A stretch of DNA of 64,000 nt, taken from assembly GCA_033765135.1 (NCBI GenBank), contig JANRII010000058.1, positions 2,982 through 66,981 on the forward strand. Direction: 5' to 3'. This DNA comes from Pseudanabaenaceae cyanobacterium bins.39. GTDB taxonomy: Bacteria > Cyanobacteriota > Cyanobacteriia > Pseudanabaenales > Pseudanabaenaceae. Under the pieces are notes generated by a model. The model worked only from the letters and a program-made list of their open reading frames with translations, did not search any database and was not told the DNA's origin. Position 1 is the first letter of the stretch. The number at the start of each line of letters is the position of its first letter. Positions 30,293 through 40,317 of the stretch are shown in pieces. The position numbers were made by a program, and so were the translations under genes.

Positions 30293-32005
30293 TTAAAACA
30301 GAAAATAGCGCTGCGCCATTGGCAAAACCGTCGCAGGTTCACAGGTCAACAACTCACCATTGGCTCTCACCTCATAGGTTTCAGGATCAACTTCAATCTG
30401 GGGTAAGGTATCGTTGAGTTTTAAATCACGTTTGCTGATATTGCGGTTGCCCTTAGTTGCTAGTACCTGCTTTTGTAATTTCAGTTGTTGCGGAATCTCT
30501 CTCTCGATCGCTATTTGCGACATGAAGGTAAAGGAAGTCTTCGCGATCGCATTGCCATAGCTGCCAAACATCGGCCGCATATGCACAGGTTGGGGCGTAG
30601 GAATACTAGCATTAGCATCGCCCATCTGTGACCAAGCGATCATGCCTCCCTTTAGCACCATTTCAGGCTTGACCCCAAAGAAGGCGGGACTCCAGAGACA
30701 AAGGTCAGCGATTTTGCCAACTTCAATGGAGCCGACATATTCGGAAATGCCATGGGCGATCGCGGGATTGATGGTGTATTTAGCAATATATCGTTGAGCG
30801 CGAAGATTATCGGCTGGCTTAGGTTCACTACCCGACAGCACACCACGTTGCACCTTCATTTTGTGAGCAGTCTGCCATGTGCGAATAATCACCTCTCCCA
30901 CACGCCCCATTGCCTGTGAGTCGGAGGAAATCATACTAAATGCGCCGATGTCATGGAGAATATCTTCGGCGGCGATCGTTTCGCGGCGAATACGGGACTC
31001 AGCAAAGGAAATATCTTCAGGAATACTCGGATCGAGATGGTGGCAAACCATCAACATATCGAGATGTTCATCTAGGGTGTTGAGGGTATAGGGACGGGTG
31101 GGATTGGTGGAAGATGGCAAAACATTGAGTTCGCTGCAAAGCTTGATGATGTCGGGAGCGTGACCGCCTCCAGCACCTTCGGTATGGTAAGTATGAATCA
31201 CCCGATTCTTAAAGGCGCGAATCGTATCTTCCACAAAGCCTGCTTCGTTGAGGGTATCCGTATGGATTGCCACTTGGACATCATACTCATCGGCCACCCC
31301 TAAGCAGGTATCAATAGTGGCGGGATTCGTTCCCCAATCTTCATGGAGTTTGAGTCCCATACCTCCTGCTTCTAGTTGTTCCACTAGTCCCTCTGGTTTA
31401 GCACTGTTGCCTTTACCCAAAAATCCCAAATTCATCGGGAACGCATCGGCAGATTCCAGCATTCTTGCCATATTCCATGCGCCGGGGGTGCAAGTGGTGG
31501 CATTTGTACCTGTGGCAGGGCCAGTGCCGCCACCGATCATGGTGGTTACGCCAGAGGCGATCGCCACATCAATTTGCTGTGGTGAAATAAAGTGAATATG
31601 GCTATCGATCCCCCCTGCGGTGAGAATCTTGCCTTCCCCTGCAATGACTTCGGTACTAGCGCCAATAATAATATCGATATTATTTTGAATGTAAGGATTA
31701 CCCGCCTTGCCGATCGCGATAATTTTGCCATCCTTGATGCCCACATCTGCCTTGACCACTCCCCACCAATCTAAAATCAGTGCATTGGTAATCACCACAT
31801 CCACCGCACCATCGGCGCGAGTAATTGGCGATTGTCCCATGCCATCACGGATCACCTTACCACCACCAAATTTCACCTCGTCACCGTAGGTGGTATAGTC
31901 ACGTTCTACTTCAATAAATAATTCGGTATCCGCTAGACGTACGCGATCGCCCACGGTGGGGCCATAGGTATCGGCATAGGCACGGCGGGACATTCTGTAA
32001 CTCAT
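30293..32005 (-). CDS. ureC: urease subunit alpha
   Basis: [47 protein letters not shown]. Confidence 0.99.
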   Translation of the reverse strand: MSYRMSRRAYADTYGPTVGDRVRLADTELFIEVERDYTTYGDEVKFGGGKVIRDGMGQSPITRADGAVDVVITNALILDWWGVVKADVGIKDGKIIAIGKAGNPYIQNNIDIIIGASTEVIAGEGKILTAGGIDSHIHFISPQQIDVAIASGVTTMIGGGTGPATGTNATTCTPGAWNMARMLESADAFPMNLGFLGKGNSAKPEGLVEQLEAGGMGLKLHEDWGTNPATIDTCLGVADEYDVQVAIHTDTLNEAGFVEDTIRAFKNRVIHTYHTEGAGGGHAPDIIKLCSELNVLPSSTNPTRPYTLNTLDEHLDMLMVCHHLDPSIPEDISFAESRIRRETIAAEDILHDIGAFSMISSDSQAMGRVGEVIIRTWQTAHKMKVQRGVLSGSEPKPADNLRAQRYIAKYTINPAIAHGISEYVGSIEVGKIADLCLWSPAFFGVKPEMVLKGGMIAWSQMGDANASIPTPQPVHMRPMFGSYGNAIAKTSFTFMSQIAIEREIPQQLKLQKQVLATKGNRNISKRDLKLNDTLPQIEVDPETYEVRANGELLTCEPATVLPMAQRYFLF

Positions 32006-32721
32006 TGGCGTTTCTCCTCAGATGTTTGGGCAATTTCACAAAGACAGTCAGCAAACTTTTTTAGGGAATCATTACGTTTAAGCGTTTCGGTATTGATGTT
32101 AATGAATTCTGCAACGCGATCGGCAATATTTTCAGCATATTCATTTTTATCTATATCCTTAGGTTTGAGTTTAGGATTTATTTTTGTAATAATTTTACGG
32201 GAAAAATTGACTAGATATTCTTTCGCATTCTTTCCTCCTCTCTCTACTTCTACAATTAAATCAGTTTTACCCAATTGATATTTTTGTGCGAACTTAATCC
32301 AATTTGAATCTTGTCTTATAGTTTCATCATGATCCTTTTTAAAATAACAGCAAATACCCAAGCAATCAATCAATAGCCAAGCTTCAAGTTCTTGACACAT
32401 ATACAACAGCATTGCATTTGGTATTTGCCGAACCACTTCGCTAATTTTATTAATATGAGAATTTACTTCATTTTTTCTTTGAGATTGAGATTGAATGCCA
32501 TCGTGATCAAGTAAAAAAATTACTAAGTCATCTTGTTTTAAGTAAGCTGTAACAGCTTTATGCAAACCACCATCTACACGGGCGGCTGTATTATAAGCAC
32601 TTTTAGTAGCTGTACTAATTGAAATGTCTATGTTGTGGAATCTTAATATTTTATTTGCAAGGGTTTGGACAACTTTGCTATCTGTGTCTGATTCAGGAGT
32701 CCAGATGCGAACTTTTGCCAT
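32002..32721 (-). CDS. hypothetical protein with TOPRIM-like motifs (DUF4276/RloB-like), partner of the upstream ATPase
   Basis: N-terminal W.PES.TD, LLDHDG (DxD), QELEAWLL; ATG 32721 lies 1 nt after the ATPase stop; stop overlaps the ureC ATG. Confidence 0.65.
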   Translation of the reverse strand: MAKVRIWTPESDTDSKVVQTLANKILRFHNIDISISTATKSAYNTAARVDGGLHKAVTAYLKQDDLVIFLLDHDGIQSQSQRKNEVNSHINKISEVVRQIPNAMLLYMCQELEAWLLIDCLGICCYFKKDHDETIRQDSNWIKFAQKYQLGKTDLIVEVERGGKNAKEYLVNFSRKIITKINPKLKPKDIDKNEYAENIADRVAEFININTETLKRNDSLKKFADCLCEIAQTSEEKRQ

Positions 32722-32722
32722 A

Positions 32723-33895
32723 TCAGTTTGCCAACACCTCTTGAATAAGATTGCTATGGTATATAGCGCTCCCAATTCCAAAATCTTGCATCCAATCCCG
32801 AAGTCCATCACAATCTTGACTTAGCTTATCTAATCCAATCGCTTCTGTACCTAATTTGAGATTTTTTTTAACTAAAATCACTGAGACATCGCTTGATATT
32901 TCATTAATATCGAAGCAATCAAGTAATTGAGAACTATGAGTTGTAATAACTACTTGAGTTTTTTGAGACAATCTTTTTAGGATAGATGCAAGATCTTTAA
33001 GAATTCCGGGATGCAAATTTCTTTCTGGTTCCTCGATTGCGATTAGGCTAGGTATATCTGGAGAATACAACAATGAGCAGTATCCAATCATTCGCAAAGT
33101 TCCGTCAGATAGATTACTGAAAGGTATTTCTAAACCATTTTTTTCTTTTATCTTGATAACTTGTTTACCTTTATGATGACCAGAGATTAGATCTATATTC
33201 AAGCATTGCTGTATTTCATCAGAAACATCTTTAAATAATTGATCATTAGAATCTGATGCCCAATGTTGAAGCAGTCCTTGAAGTTGATGACCGAAGCTAT
33301 CAAGACGTATTAGGTTATCTCTAGTTTCATTTTTAAAGCCTCTAGTTTCATAGCTCTTAATAACATCAGGATCTAGATCATAAAATTCCCATTGTTTTAT
33401 AAAATTAGAAACATTTTTAGTGACTGGTTTAACTCCAAAGCTACCTGTTGACGAAAGAGCTACAGTATCTGGAGTGGATTGATATGGTTGTCTTCCCTTA
33501 TTATTTTCGTCTCGGACTTCACCTTTGCCTTTAGATATATTAATAACCTTTGTTTTACTGATTGTTAGATTCTCGGACGCAATAATAAAGTTTTCTTCTA
33601 AGTTCCCCCTTAATGCAAGATTCACTGAATAGTCAGCGTCTTTTACGTCACTTATAAACACTTGCAAAGTGATGCCAGAAGATTCCTCTCCGATTCTAAT
33701 ATCGTCTTCCAAATACCAAGAAGGCGGAGCCTTGCCAACTTTAACAATAGTTTTCAATAGATTCAGTGATTCTAAACAACAAGACTTACCGCTAGAGTTA
33801 GCGCCTACAATGATAGTTAAGCTCTTAAAATTTAAGTTAACATCACCTAAACTTTTAAAATTCTTGATGTGGGCGCTTTTGAGAACGGGGGACAT
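32723..33895 (-). CDS. ABC-type AAA ATPase (AAA_21/AAA_15-like, AbiEii/AriA/OLD-type NBD)
   Basis: IKNFKS, Walker A GANSSGKS, signature LSDGT, Walker B IAIEEPERNLHP, H-loop ITTHS. Confidence 0.9.
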   Translation of the reverse strand: MSPVLKSAHIKNFKSLGDVNLNFKSLTIIVGANSSGKSCCLESLNLLKTIVKVGKAPPSWYLEDDIRIGEESSGITLQVFISDVKDADYSVNLALRGNLEENFIIASENLTISKTKVINISKGKGEVRDENNKGRQPYQSTPDTVALSSTGSFGVKPVTKNVSNFIKQWEFYDLDPDVIKSYETRGFKNETRDNLIRLDSFGHQLQGLLQHWASDSNDQLFKDVSDEIQQCLNIDLISGHHKGKQVIKIKEKNGLEIPFSNLSDGTLRMIGYCSLLYSPDIPSLIAIEEPERNLHPGILKDLASILKRLSQKTQVVITTHSSQLLDCFDINEISSDVSVILVKKNLKLGTEAIGLDKLSQDCDGLRDWMQDFGIGSAIYHSNLIQEVLAN

Positions 33896-34083
33896 TTTTT
33901 TAATTTTTGTATAAGTTGTAATGCTGTTTTAGGGCTTTGTTGTACAAATATCCCATAATCTTTATTTAGCAATGATTTCGCTATTAGAAGTCTTATTGGG
34001 AAAATCTTATGCAGTAAGGGTTTCAGTCGAATCATGCAGCAAACCCCTATTTTAGTATAAATCAGAGATTACTTTTCCGAATA

Positions 34084-34725
34084 TCAAATAATGGCTTTGC
34101 CAATAGCTTTTAATATTTGCAAGATCTTGTATAGATCGTTCTCATGACGCATTAAGGTGTATTCATCGGAAATTCCATAGATAGGTTTATTTTGATCTTG
34201 CCTTGCTAGTTTGAGAAATATAAAATTACTTCCGTTTGTAACCATTCCATACAGATCTTTGTCCGAACGGGGATTAGCAAGCATATAGGCAAGAGCTTGA
34301 GGAATTCCTTTTTGGATGGAGACTCCGATTTGCTTCGACTCAATTACTAAAATCCAAAAACGATCTTGTAGTACCAGTACATCAATTTTGCCGCGAATGG
34401 TGAGATTTTCATCTTTGACAGAAAGCTGGACTGATTTTTCGGCAACCGCATAAAATGGGGGTTGATAAAATCCTGCTATGTCTAGAAGTGGCGATAAAAC
34501 AACCATCTTCACCATTTCTTCAAGCATGGGACGCTTAGACAAATGGATGTAGTTAGTTTTAATACGGTCTAGCTGCTCTTTTTCTTTTGCTGATACAGAT
34601 CTTGAAATTAGCAAGGGATCAATATGCCACTCTGGGAAAAAGTCAGGGCGATCGCACAAAGTCAGATTAAAAGACTTTTCCAAATCATAGAGTGTCAATT
34701 TTTCCGCAGCTAGAGTTGCGTTCAT
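34084..34725 (-). CDS. type I restriction HsdR N-terminal-like PD-(D/E)xK protein
   Basis: GKIDVLV...VIESKQ nuclease motif, PQALAYM, YGMVTNGSNFIF; standalone form common in cyanobacteria. Confidence 0.8.
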   Translation of the reverse strand: MNATLAAEKLTLYDLEKSFNLTLCDRPDFFPEWHIDPLLISRSVSAKEKEQLDRIKTNYIHLSKRPMLEEMVKMVVLSPLLDIAGFYQPPFYAVAEKSVQLSVKDENLTIRGKIDVLVLQDRFWILVIESKQIGVSIQKGIPQALAYMLANPRSDKDLYGMVTNGSNFIFLKLARQDQNKPIYGISDEYTLMRHENDLYKILQILKAIGKAII

Positions 34726-34728
34726 AGG

Positions 34729-35040
34729 CTAATCCTCCAATTTACCTTCCACCAAAGCATTAAATCCATACACCTCACGGCTCCCCACATAGGGAACTAG
34801 ATTTACTTCCTTTTCATCCCCCGGCTCAAAGCGGATAGAAGTTCCCGCAGGGATATCTAGATGGGTTCCTTTGGCGCGATCGCGATCAAAAATTAGGGCG
34901 GCATTAGCTTCGTAGAAATGATAGTGGGAACCAACTTGAATCGGGCGATCGCCAGAATTACCAACAGTGAGCGTAATTACTTCGCGCCCAGCATTCAATT
35001 CAATATCACCTTCTGGCGTAATAATTTCACCGACAATCAT
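34729..35040 (-). CDS. ureB: urease subunit beta
   Basis: [29 protein letters not shown]. Confidence 0.98.
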   Translation of the reverse strand: MIVGEIITPEGDIELNAGREVITLTVGNSGDRPIQVGSHYHFYEANAALIFDRDRAKGTHLDIPAGTSIRFEPGDEKEVNLVPYVGSREVYGFNALVEGKLED

Positions 35041-35129
35041 AGATTCATCTCCATTGTTGTTTAATCAGGCTCTTTGTATTTATTTGATTCTCAAATGAGT
35101 TCGCACTCATTGGCAAACCGCAAGACATT

Positions 35130-35774
35130 CTAGATGTTCACAATTTGAGCAGCAGTTAAGTCCAGTTCGGGAAAAGTCCGCGAAATGATTTTATCTTCTC
35201 CTGTAAATTTAGAGGTTTGGTATTTGCCATTTTCATCTAGCAAATTCACAAATACAGTGGGGATTTTAGGATTTCCCAAATATTCGCGACTAGCGATCGC
35301 CCAATAATCCACAATCCAATATTCAGAGATACCTAAACGCTGATATTCGTCAAATTTATCAATATAGTCATCATCCCAATTGTTAGAAGCAACTTCTACA
35401 GCTAACTGAATCGGTTCGCGTAATGCCGAATAATCTTTACGATTGGAACGCCAAACCTGTCTATCAACTACACACACATCAGGAATACGACCCTGTTCAT
35501 TGCCATCAGCATTAATGGTCTGAATTGCAATCCCTCTCTTAATCACATAGTCAAGAGATAGTTTCTCAACCTGACGATAAAAGCTTCTATCAATAAATTC
35601 AGCAACATCATCATGATTGCGAGTAAATATCATGTCTAAATGTCTAAATATTTTCCCATGGACTAGCTCGTAATGCCCATCATTGGGACATAGTTCTAGA
35701 AACTGCTCGAAAGTTAACTTCTGGCTTGTTTCTGTTGCATTTTGTGGGTTTTGGGATGTGGCGATCGCGATCAT
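35130..35774 (-). CDS. Uma2 family endonuclease (DUF820)
   Basis: RIPDVCVV, AVEVAS, K..EY..LGI.EYWIVD. Confidence 0.92.
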   Translation of the reverse strand: MIAIATSQNPQNATETSQKLTFEQFLELCPNDGHYELVHGKIFRHLDMIFTRNHDDVAEFIDRSFYRQVEKLSLDYVIKRGIAIQTINADGNEQGRIPDVCVVDRQVWRSNRKDYSALREPIQLAVEVASNNWDDDYIDKFDEYQRLGISEYWIVDYWAIASREYLGNPKIPTVFVNLLDENGKYQTSKFTGEDKIISRTFPELDLTAAQIVNI

Positions 35775-35806
35775 CTCAGACCTCCATAAAGTATTGGGAT
35801 TGCTAG

Positions 35807-36109
35807 TTAGCGAATAGGATTATGTACTGTCACAAGTTTAGTTCCATCGGGAAAAGTGGCTTCCACTTGGACATCATGGATCATTTCGGGAATCCCTTCC
35901 ATGACATCATCGCGAGTGAGCAGAGTCGCACCGTAGGACATGAGATCCGCCACTGTGCGTCCTTCCCTTGCTCCTTCCATAATTTCGGCAGTAATGAAAG
36001 CGATCGCTTCAGGATAGTTGAGTTTCAATCCCTTCGCTTTGCGCCGTTCCGCAACCCTTGCGGCTGTAAAAATCAGCAACTTGTCTTTTTCTTGAGGCGT
36101 TAACTGCAT
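35807..36109 (-). CDS. ureA: urease subunit gamma
   Basis: [34 protein letters not shown]. Confidence 0.98.
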   Translation of the reverse strand: MQLTPQEKDKLLIFTAARVAERRKAKGLKLNYPEAIAFITAEIMEGAREGRTVADLMSYGATLLTRDDVMEGIPEMIHDVQVEATFPDGTKLVTVHNPIR

Positions 36110-36180
36110 GAGTATTTACCAAATCTTGAATATACTTAATTTTTTTAGGTCAAAGTGCCAAACGCAAAGCCCAAAAAATA

Positions 36181-37005
36181 TCACCAAACTCTAGGTACGC
36201 ATATCTTGCGATTCCTATAGAATACACGCAAAAGCTGCCAAACTGATTGAAACCATTGGCGGGCATCACTAGATGAATTGCCACAGTAACGGCAGACTAA
36301 CCCCGATCGCGATCGCGTGACTCCCGCCAAACCCTCATAATTACCATGATCCCAAGTGGCACGGATTTCGGTGATTAGCTCTGGCTCCACGATCGCCCCC
36401 ACAAAAATAAAACTCGCAGCGATCGCCCATCCATGCAAACCGTTAGGACTCTCTAACATTTCCGAAGTACCTTGTAAATATTGCCGATCAATCCATAGAG
36501 GCATTTGATCTTGCCATACCTCCGTATGCGATCGCCAGCTACCACCAATAAACTTTTCGCCCCTTGCGGTGCGCCCAAATCGCACAATTTCCCAAAAGGT
36601 ACAGGTGGCAGATGGGGCAAGTTCGATACGAGTAGTTTGGCGATATCGAGACTCGGCAAAGGCGATCGTCTCCTGCGGAAACCATTCCAAATTCGCCCCT
36701 TCATCCACCCGAATCACCATCTCCTGTGTTGCTTCTTCCCCATTACTGCGATAGACCTTACTGGCGGTAGCAGTAGTTAGCAAAGCCTGTGTATGGGGTT
36801 GGAGATGGATCTGTGCCGAGAGGCGATCGCCACCCACAAAGCCACCAGCCGTATGCAGTAGTACACAATGGCAAACCTCTTGACCCTCAGGATATAGCGA
36901 TCGCTGAATTTTCCAAGGCGCAACGGTATAGCTTCGCGCCAGAGTCGTTTGCTGCGCTCTTTTCGCAAATTCTAATTCTAATTCTCCTTTCCAAGAGTTA
37001 GTCAT
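36181..37005 (-). CDS. ureD: urease accessory protein
   Basis: W.G.LEL.F, LLHTAGGFVGGD, LLTTATASKVYRS, LEWFPQETI.F. Confidence 0.95.
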   Translation of the reverse strand: MTNSWKGELELEFAKRAQQTTLARSYTVAPWKIQRSLYPEGQEVCHCVLLHTAGGFVGGDRLSAQIHLQPHTQALLTTATASKVYRSNGEEATQEMVIRVDEGANLEWFPQETIAFAESRYRQTTRIELAPSATCTFWEIVRFGRTARGEKFIGGSWRSHTEVWQDQMPLWIDRQYLQGTSEMLESPNGLHGWAIAASFIFVGAIVEPELITEIRATWDHGNYEGLAGVTRSRSGLVCRYCGNSSSDARQWFQSVWQLLRVFYRNRKICVPRVW

Positions 37006-37042
37006 TGATTAAGTAATGAACCTTGCTAGGTTTGTTTTTTAA

Positions 37043-37074
37043 CTTCACAGAAGTGTAGTTACACTTCTGTGAAG
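37043..37074. repeat. palindrome with 15-bp perfect arms upstream of ureD
   Basis: CTTCACAGAAGTGTA-GT-TACACTTCTGTGAAG; adjacent to the reverse complement of AAACCTAGCAAGGTT at 37019-37033. Confidence 0.85.
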
Positions 37075-37090
37075 AGATGATTCTTATTAA

Positions 37091-37231
37091 GAGCCTGTTT
37101 GAGAAGTGTGGGCATTCGCTAAAAATACCGATTGATCCCCCCCTACCCCCCCTTATGGAAGGGGGGAAAGATTAAAAAAGTCCCCCTTTTTAAGGGGGAT
37201 TTAGGGGGATCAAAACTTCTCAAACACTCTC
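37091..37231 (-). mobile_element. MITE copy 2 (141 bp, inverted orientation, TAA target duplication)
   Basis: TAA-GAGCCTGTTTGAGAAGT ... ACTTCTCAAACACTCTC-TAA; overlaps the glgB stop codon. Confidence 0.85.
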
Positions 37232-39489
37232 TAACCTTCAGCCATATATTTCAAGACCACCACCGCCAAAGGTGGAGCAGTTACATCAACAGAATAGGGC
37301 TTGCCATGACTTCCATAATCATCGGCATACTTACCACCGAGATTACCAATGCCACTGCCGCCATACATGGGCGCATCACTATTCAGAATCTCCTTATAGA
37401 AACCCTTAGCAGGTACACCCACCCGATAGTTATGATGTGGTACAGGTGTAAAGTTACATACAACTAACACAAAATTATCATCGTCTGCCTTTCGCAAGAA
37501 AGAGATCACTGAATTTTGCGTATCATTACACTCAATCCATTCAAAACCATCCTCCGTAAAATCGTAAACATAGAGTTCGGGGTAAGACCGCAACAGCTTA
37601 TTCAAATCACTGATGTATAACTGGAGAGTCTTGTGGGGTTGATACTGCAACAGATGCCATTCCAAATCGCCCCAAACATTCCACTCCGACCACTGACCGA
37701 TCTCCATCCCCATAAACATGGTCTTCTTCCCAGGGTGGGTAAACATATAACCATAGAGGCAGCGCAAATTAGCAAATTTTTGCCATTCATCCCCTGGCAT
37801 CTTGCCAATCATCGGACTCTTGCCATGCACCACTTCGTCATGGGATAGCGCCAGCATAAAGTTTTCGCTGAAGGCATACCAAATACTAAAGGTGACGTAA
37901 TTGTTATTGTGACCACGGAAATAGGGGTCGAGCTTGAAATAATTGAGCATGTCGTGCATCCAACCCATGTTCCATTTCAGGTTAAACCCTAAGCCACCCG
38001 AATAGGCAGGCCATGTCACCATCGGCCAAGATGTGGATTCTTCCGCGATCGACAATGCCCCAGGATAATAGGTAAACAAAATGCTATGCAGATGGCGGAA
38101 TAACTCGATCGCTTCTAGGCTCTCACGCCCACCATACTCATTGGGCAGCCAGTTGCCAGCTTCGCGGTTGTAGTCACGATAGATCATCGAGGCCACCGCA
38201 TCGACCCGAATGCCATCAATATGGTACTTATCAAACCAAAAAAGGACATTGGCAATCAGGAAGTTTTTGACTTCACTGCGCTTGTAGTTAAAAATTTTGG
38301 TTCCCCATTCCTTATGTTCACCAATGCGCTCATCGGCAGGTTCATAGAGAAATGTGCCATCAAAAAAGGATAGACCATGCCCATCTTTGGGGAAGTGGGC
38401 AGGAACCCAGTCGACAATAATCCCAATATTATTTTGGTGGCATTGATCGATGAAGTACATCAAATCCTGTGGTGTGCCGTAGCGAGAGGTGGCGGCATAG
38501 TAGCCCGTCACCTGATAGCCCCAAGACCCGTCAAAGGGATGCTCGGCGATCGGCATCACCTCAATGTGGGTATAGCCCATCTCCTTGACGTAGGGAATGA
38601 GATCTTCCGCCAGTTCACGATAGGTGAGAAACCTTGCCCCAGGTTTTAGGTCTGCGGCTGATACGGCAGGGTAGCCACTGCTGGGCGGATTGTCCACAGA
38701 GGCGTGCATCCAAGAGCCAAGGTGCAACTCATAGACAGAGATCGGTTGTTTGAGTGGGTCAGTACTGCGGCGCTTGTCTAGCCAATTTTGGTCATGCCAA
38801 GTATATTCATTAAGATTAGTAACGATGGAAGCGGTTTTGGGGCGCACTTCTTGGAAAAAGCCATAGGGATCGGATTTTTCATAAATATGTCCCTCTGGGC
38901 TTTTAATTTCATATTTATAGGCTGTACCAACGGTAATATCAGGGATAAACAAATCCCAAATACCTGTATTACCCTTCCGCATTTGGTGTTTGCGCCCATC
39001 CCAACTGTTGAAATCGCCAATTACTGAAACATTTCTGGCGTTAGGAGCCCACACAGCGAAATATACCCCACTTACACCTTCAATTTCGGTGGGGTGTGCG
39101 CCCATTTTTTCATAAATTTGATAATGCGTTCCTTCCCCAAACAAATAGGCATCAAACTCGGTGAGCAGTGGGGACTTAAAAAAGTAAGGATCACGAATTA
39201 GGCGATCGCTATCTCCAGATTTTACCCGTAGCTCATAGCTAAATAGGTGTGGTGCATCCGTAATTAGGCACTCAAAGAAGTGGGGATGATGCACGGAATG
39301 CATCGGATACTCTTTGTGGGAATCGGGCGTAACAACATATACCGACTCTGCGTCGGGTAGATACGCTCTAACCACCCATACCGACTTACCATCTTGCTCT
39401 ATTTCATGGGGACCAAGGACTGTAAAAGGGTCGTGGTGTTGATTCCACACAATGCGATCGATCTGCTCGGTGGGTATGGTTGGGATCAT
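37231..39489 (-). CDS. glgB: 1,4-alpha-glucan branching enzyme
   Basis: FAVWAPNA, YELHLGSW, GSWGYQ, DWVPAHFP, IRVDAVASM, AEEST, LSHDEVVHGK. Confidence 0.98.
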   Translation of the reverse strand: MIPTIPTEQIDRIVWNQHHDPFTVLGPHEIEQDGKSVWVVRAYLPDAESVYVVTPDSHKEYPMHSVHHPHFFECLITDAPHLFSYELRVKSGDSDRLIRDPYFFKSPLLTEFDAYLFGEGTHYQIYEKMGAHPTEIEGVSGVYFAVWAPNARNVSVIGDFNSWDGRKHQMRKGNTGIWDLFIPDITVGTAYKYEIKSPEGHIYEKSDPYGFFQEVRPKTASIVTNLNEYTWHDQNWLDKRRSTDPLKQPISVYELHLGSWMHASVDNPPSSGYPAVSAADLKPGARFLTYRELAEDLIPYVKEMGYTHIEVMPIAEHPFDGSWGYQVTGYYAATSRYGTPQDLMYFIDQCHQNNIGIIVDWVPAHFPKDGHGLSFFDGTFLYEPADERIGEHKEWGTKIFNYKRSEVKNFLIANVLFWFDKYHIDGIRVDAVASMIYRDYNREAGNWLPNEYGGRESLEAIELFRHLHSILFTYYPGALSIAEESTSWPMVTWPAYSGGLGFNLKWNMGWMHDMLNYFKLDPYFRGHNNNYVTFSIWYAFSENFMLALSHDEVVHGKSPMIGKMPGDEWQKFANLRCLYGYMFTHPGKKTMFMGMEIGQWSEWNVWGDLEWHLLQYQPHKTLQLYISDLNKLLRSYPELYVYDFTEDGFEWIECNDTQNSVISFLRKADDDNFVLVVCNFTPVPHHNYRVGVPAKGFYKEILNSDAPMYGGSGIGNLGGKYADDYGSHGKPYSVDVTAPPLAVVVLKYMAEG

Positions 39490-39784
39490 ATCTCTTTAAA
39501 TAAACACACTTAACTAAATTACTGCATATTAATACTTAAATGACGATACATAACCTAAACTAAAGATCGATTTAGATGACTGTGGTAATTACTCAATATT
39601 TTGCTAAAGAGTGTCCACTCCTTTAAAAAACGTAATAATAATGTGGTCTCTTGAGAGTTTTATGTCATTGCTAAGAGCTATACTTTTTTTCTAAAAGCAA
39701 CGGTATCTCAAAAAGCCTTGGCTCTTTGACTGCTTTTGGTACACTAAGAAGACAAGTTTATTAAATTATTTTTTTATTTTAATT

Positions 39785-40270
39785 ATGAGTGTAGTTAGTC
39801 AAGTTTTAGAAAGAGCAGATGAAGAGCTGCGTTATCCTAGTATTGCTGAGTTGCAAAGTGTGCAGAGTTTCTTAGCCACTGGTACTCAGAGGATTAGGAT
39901 CGCCACAATCTTGGCAGAAAGTGAAGATAAGATTGTCAAGAAGGCAACGGAAGAGCTATTTAAAATTCATCCTGAGTATGTTTCTCCTGGTGGTAATGCC
40001 TATGGCCAGAGGCAGCGTAATCAGTGTGTGCGTGATTTTACTTGGTATGTGCGTCTTACCACCTATGGTGTATTAGCTGGCGACAAAGATCCTATTGAAA
40101 AAATTGGGATCATTGGTGTTCGCGAGATGTATAACTCTCTGGGTGTGCCTTTGGTGGGTATGGCCGATGGGATTCGTTGTTTAAAGAATGCGGCTTTGGC
40201 TTTGTTGAGTAAAGATGATGCGGCTACCACTGAGCCTTATTTTGATTACATCATTCAGGCGATGTCGTAG
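39785..40270 (+). CDS. apcD: allophycocyanin-B alpha subunit
   Basis: MSVVSQV...[49 protein letters not shown]. Confidence 0.93.
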   Translation: MSVVSQVLERADEELRYPSIAELQSVQSFLATGTQRIRIATILAESEDKIVKKATEELFKIHPEYVSPGGNAYGQRQRNQCVRDFTWYVRLTTYGVLAGDKDPIEKIGIIGVREMYNSLGVPLVGMADGIRCLKNAALALLSKDDAATTEPYFDYIIQAMS

Positions 40271-40286
40271 TTAGGTATTCTAAAAG

Positions 40287-40317
40287 CAAAAAAAGACTGC
40301 TTTGCAGTCTTTTTTTG
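40287..40317. terminator. bidirectional intrinsic terminator between apcD and wecB
   Basis: AAAAAAAGACTGC-TTT-GCAGTCTTTTTTT. Confidence 0.8.

Noticed and set aside
32002-32811. Track start at 32811 (MMDFGIGC...) for the TOPRIM-like gene
   Set aside because: It would overlap the ATPase by about 90 nt; the ATG at 32721, 1 nt after the ATPase stop, fits coupling better
37006-37090. NtcA site (GTA-N8-TAC) upstream of ureD
   Set aside because: No correctly spaced GTA-N8-TAC was found; the GTAGTTAC in the palindrome has the wrong spacing
37132-37467. 111-aa plus-strand ORF starting MIPPYPPLWKGGK
   Set aside because: Its start is the MITE sequence and the rest is antisense to glgB; a typical repeat-derived spurious ORF
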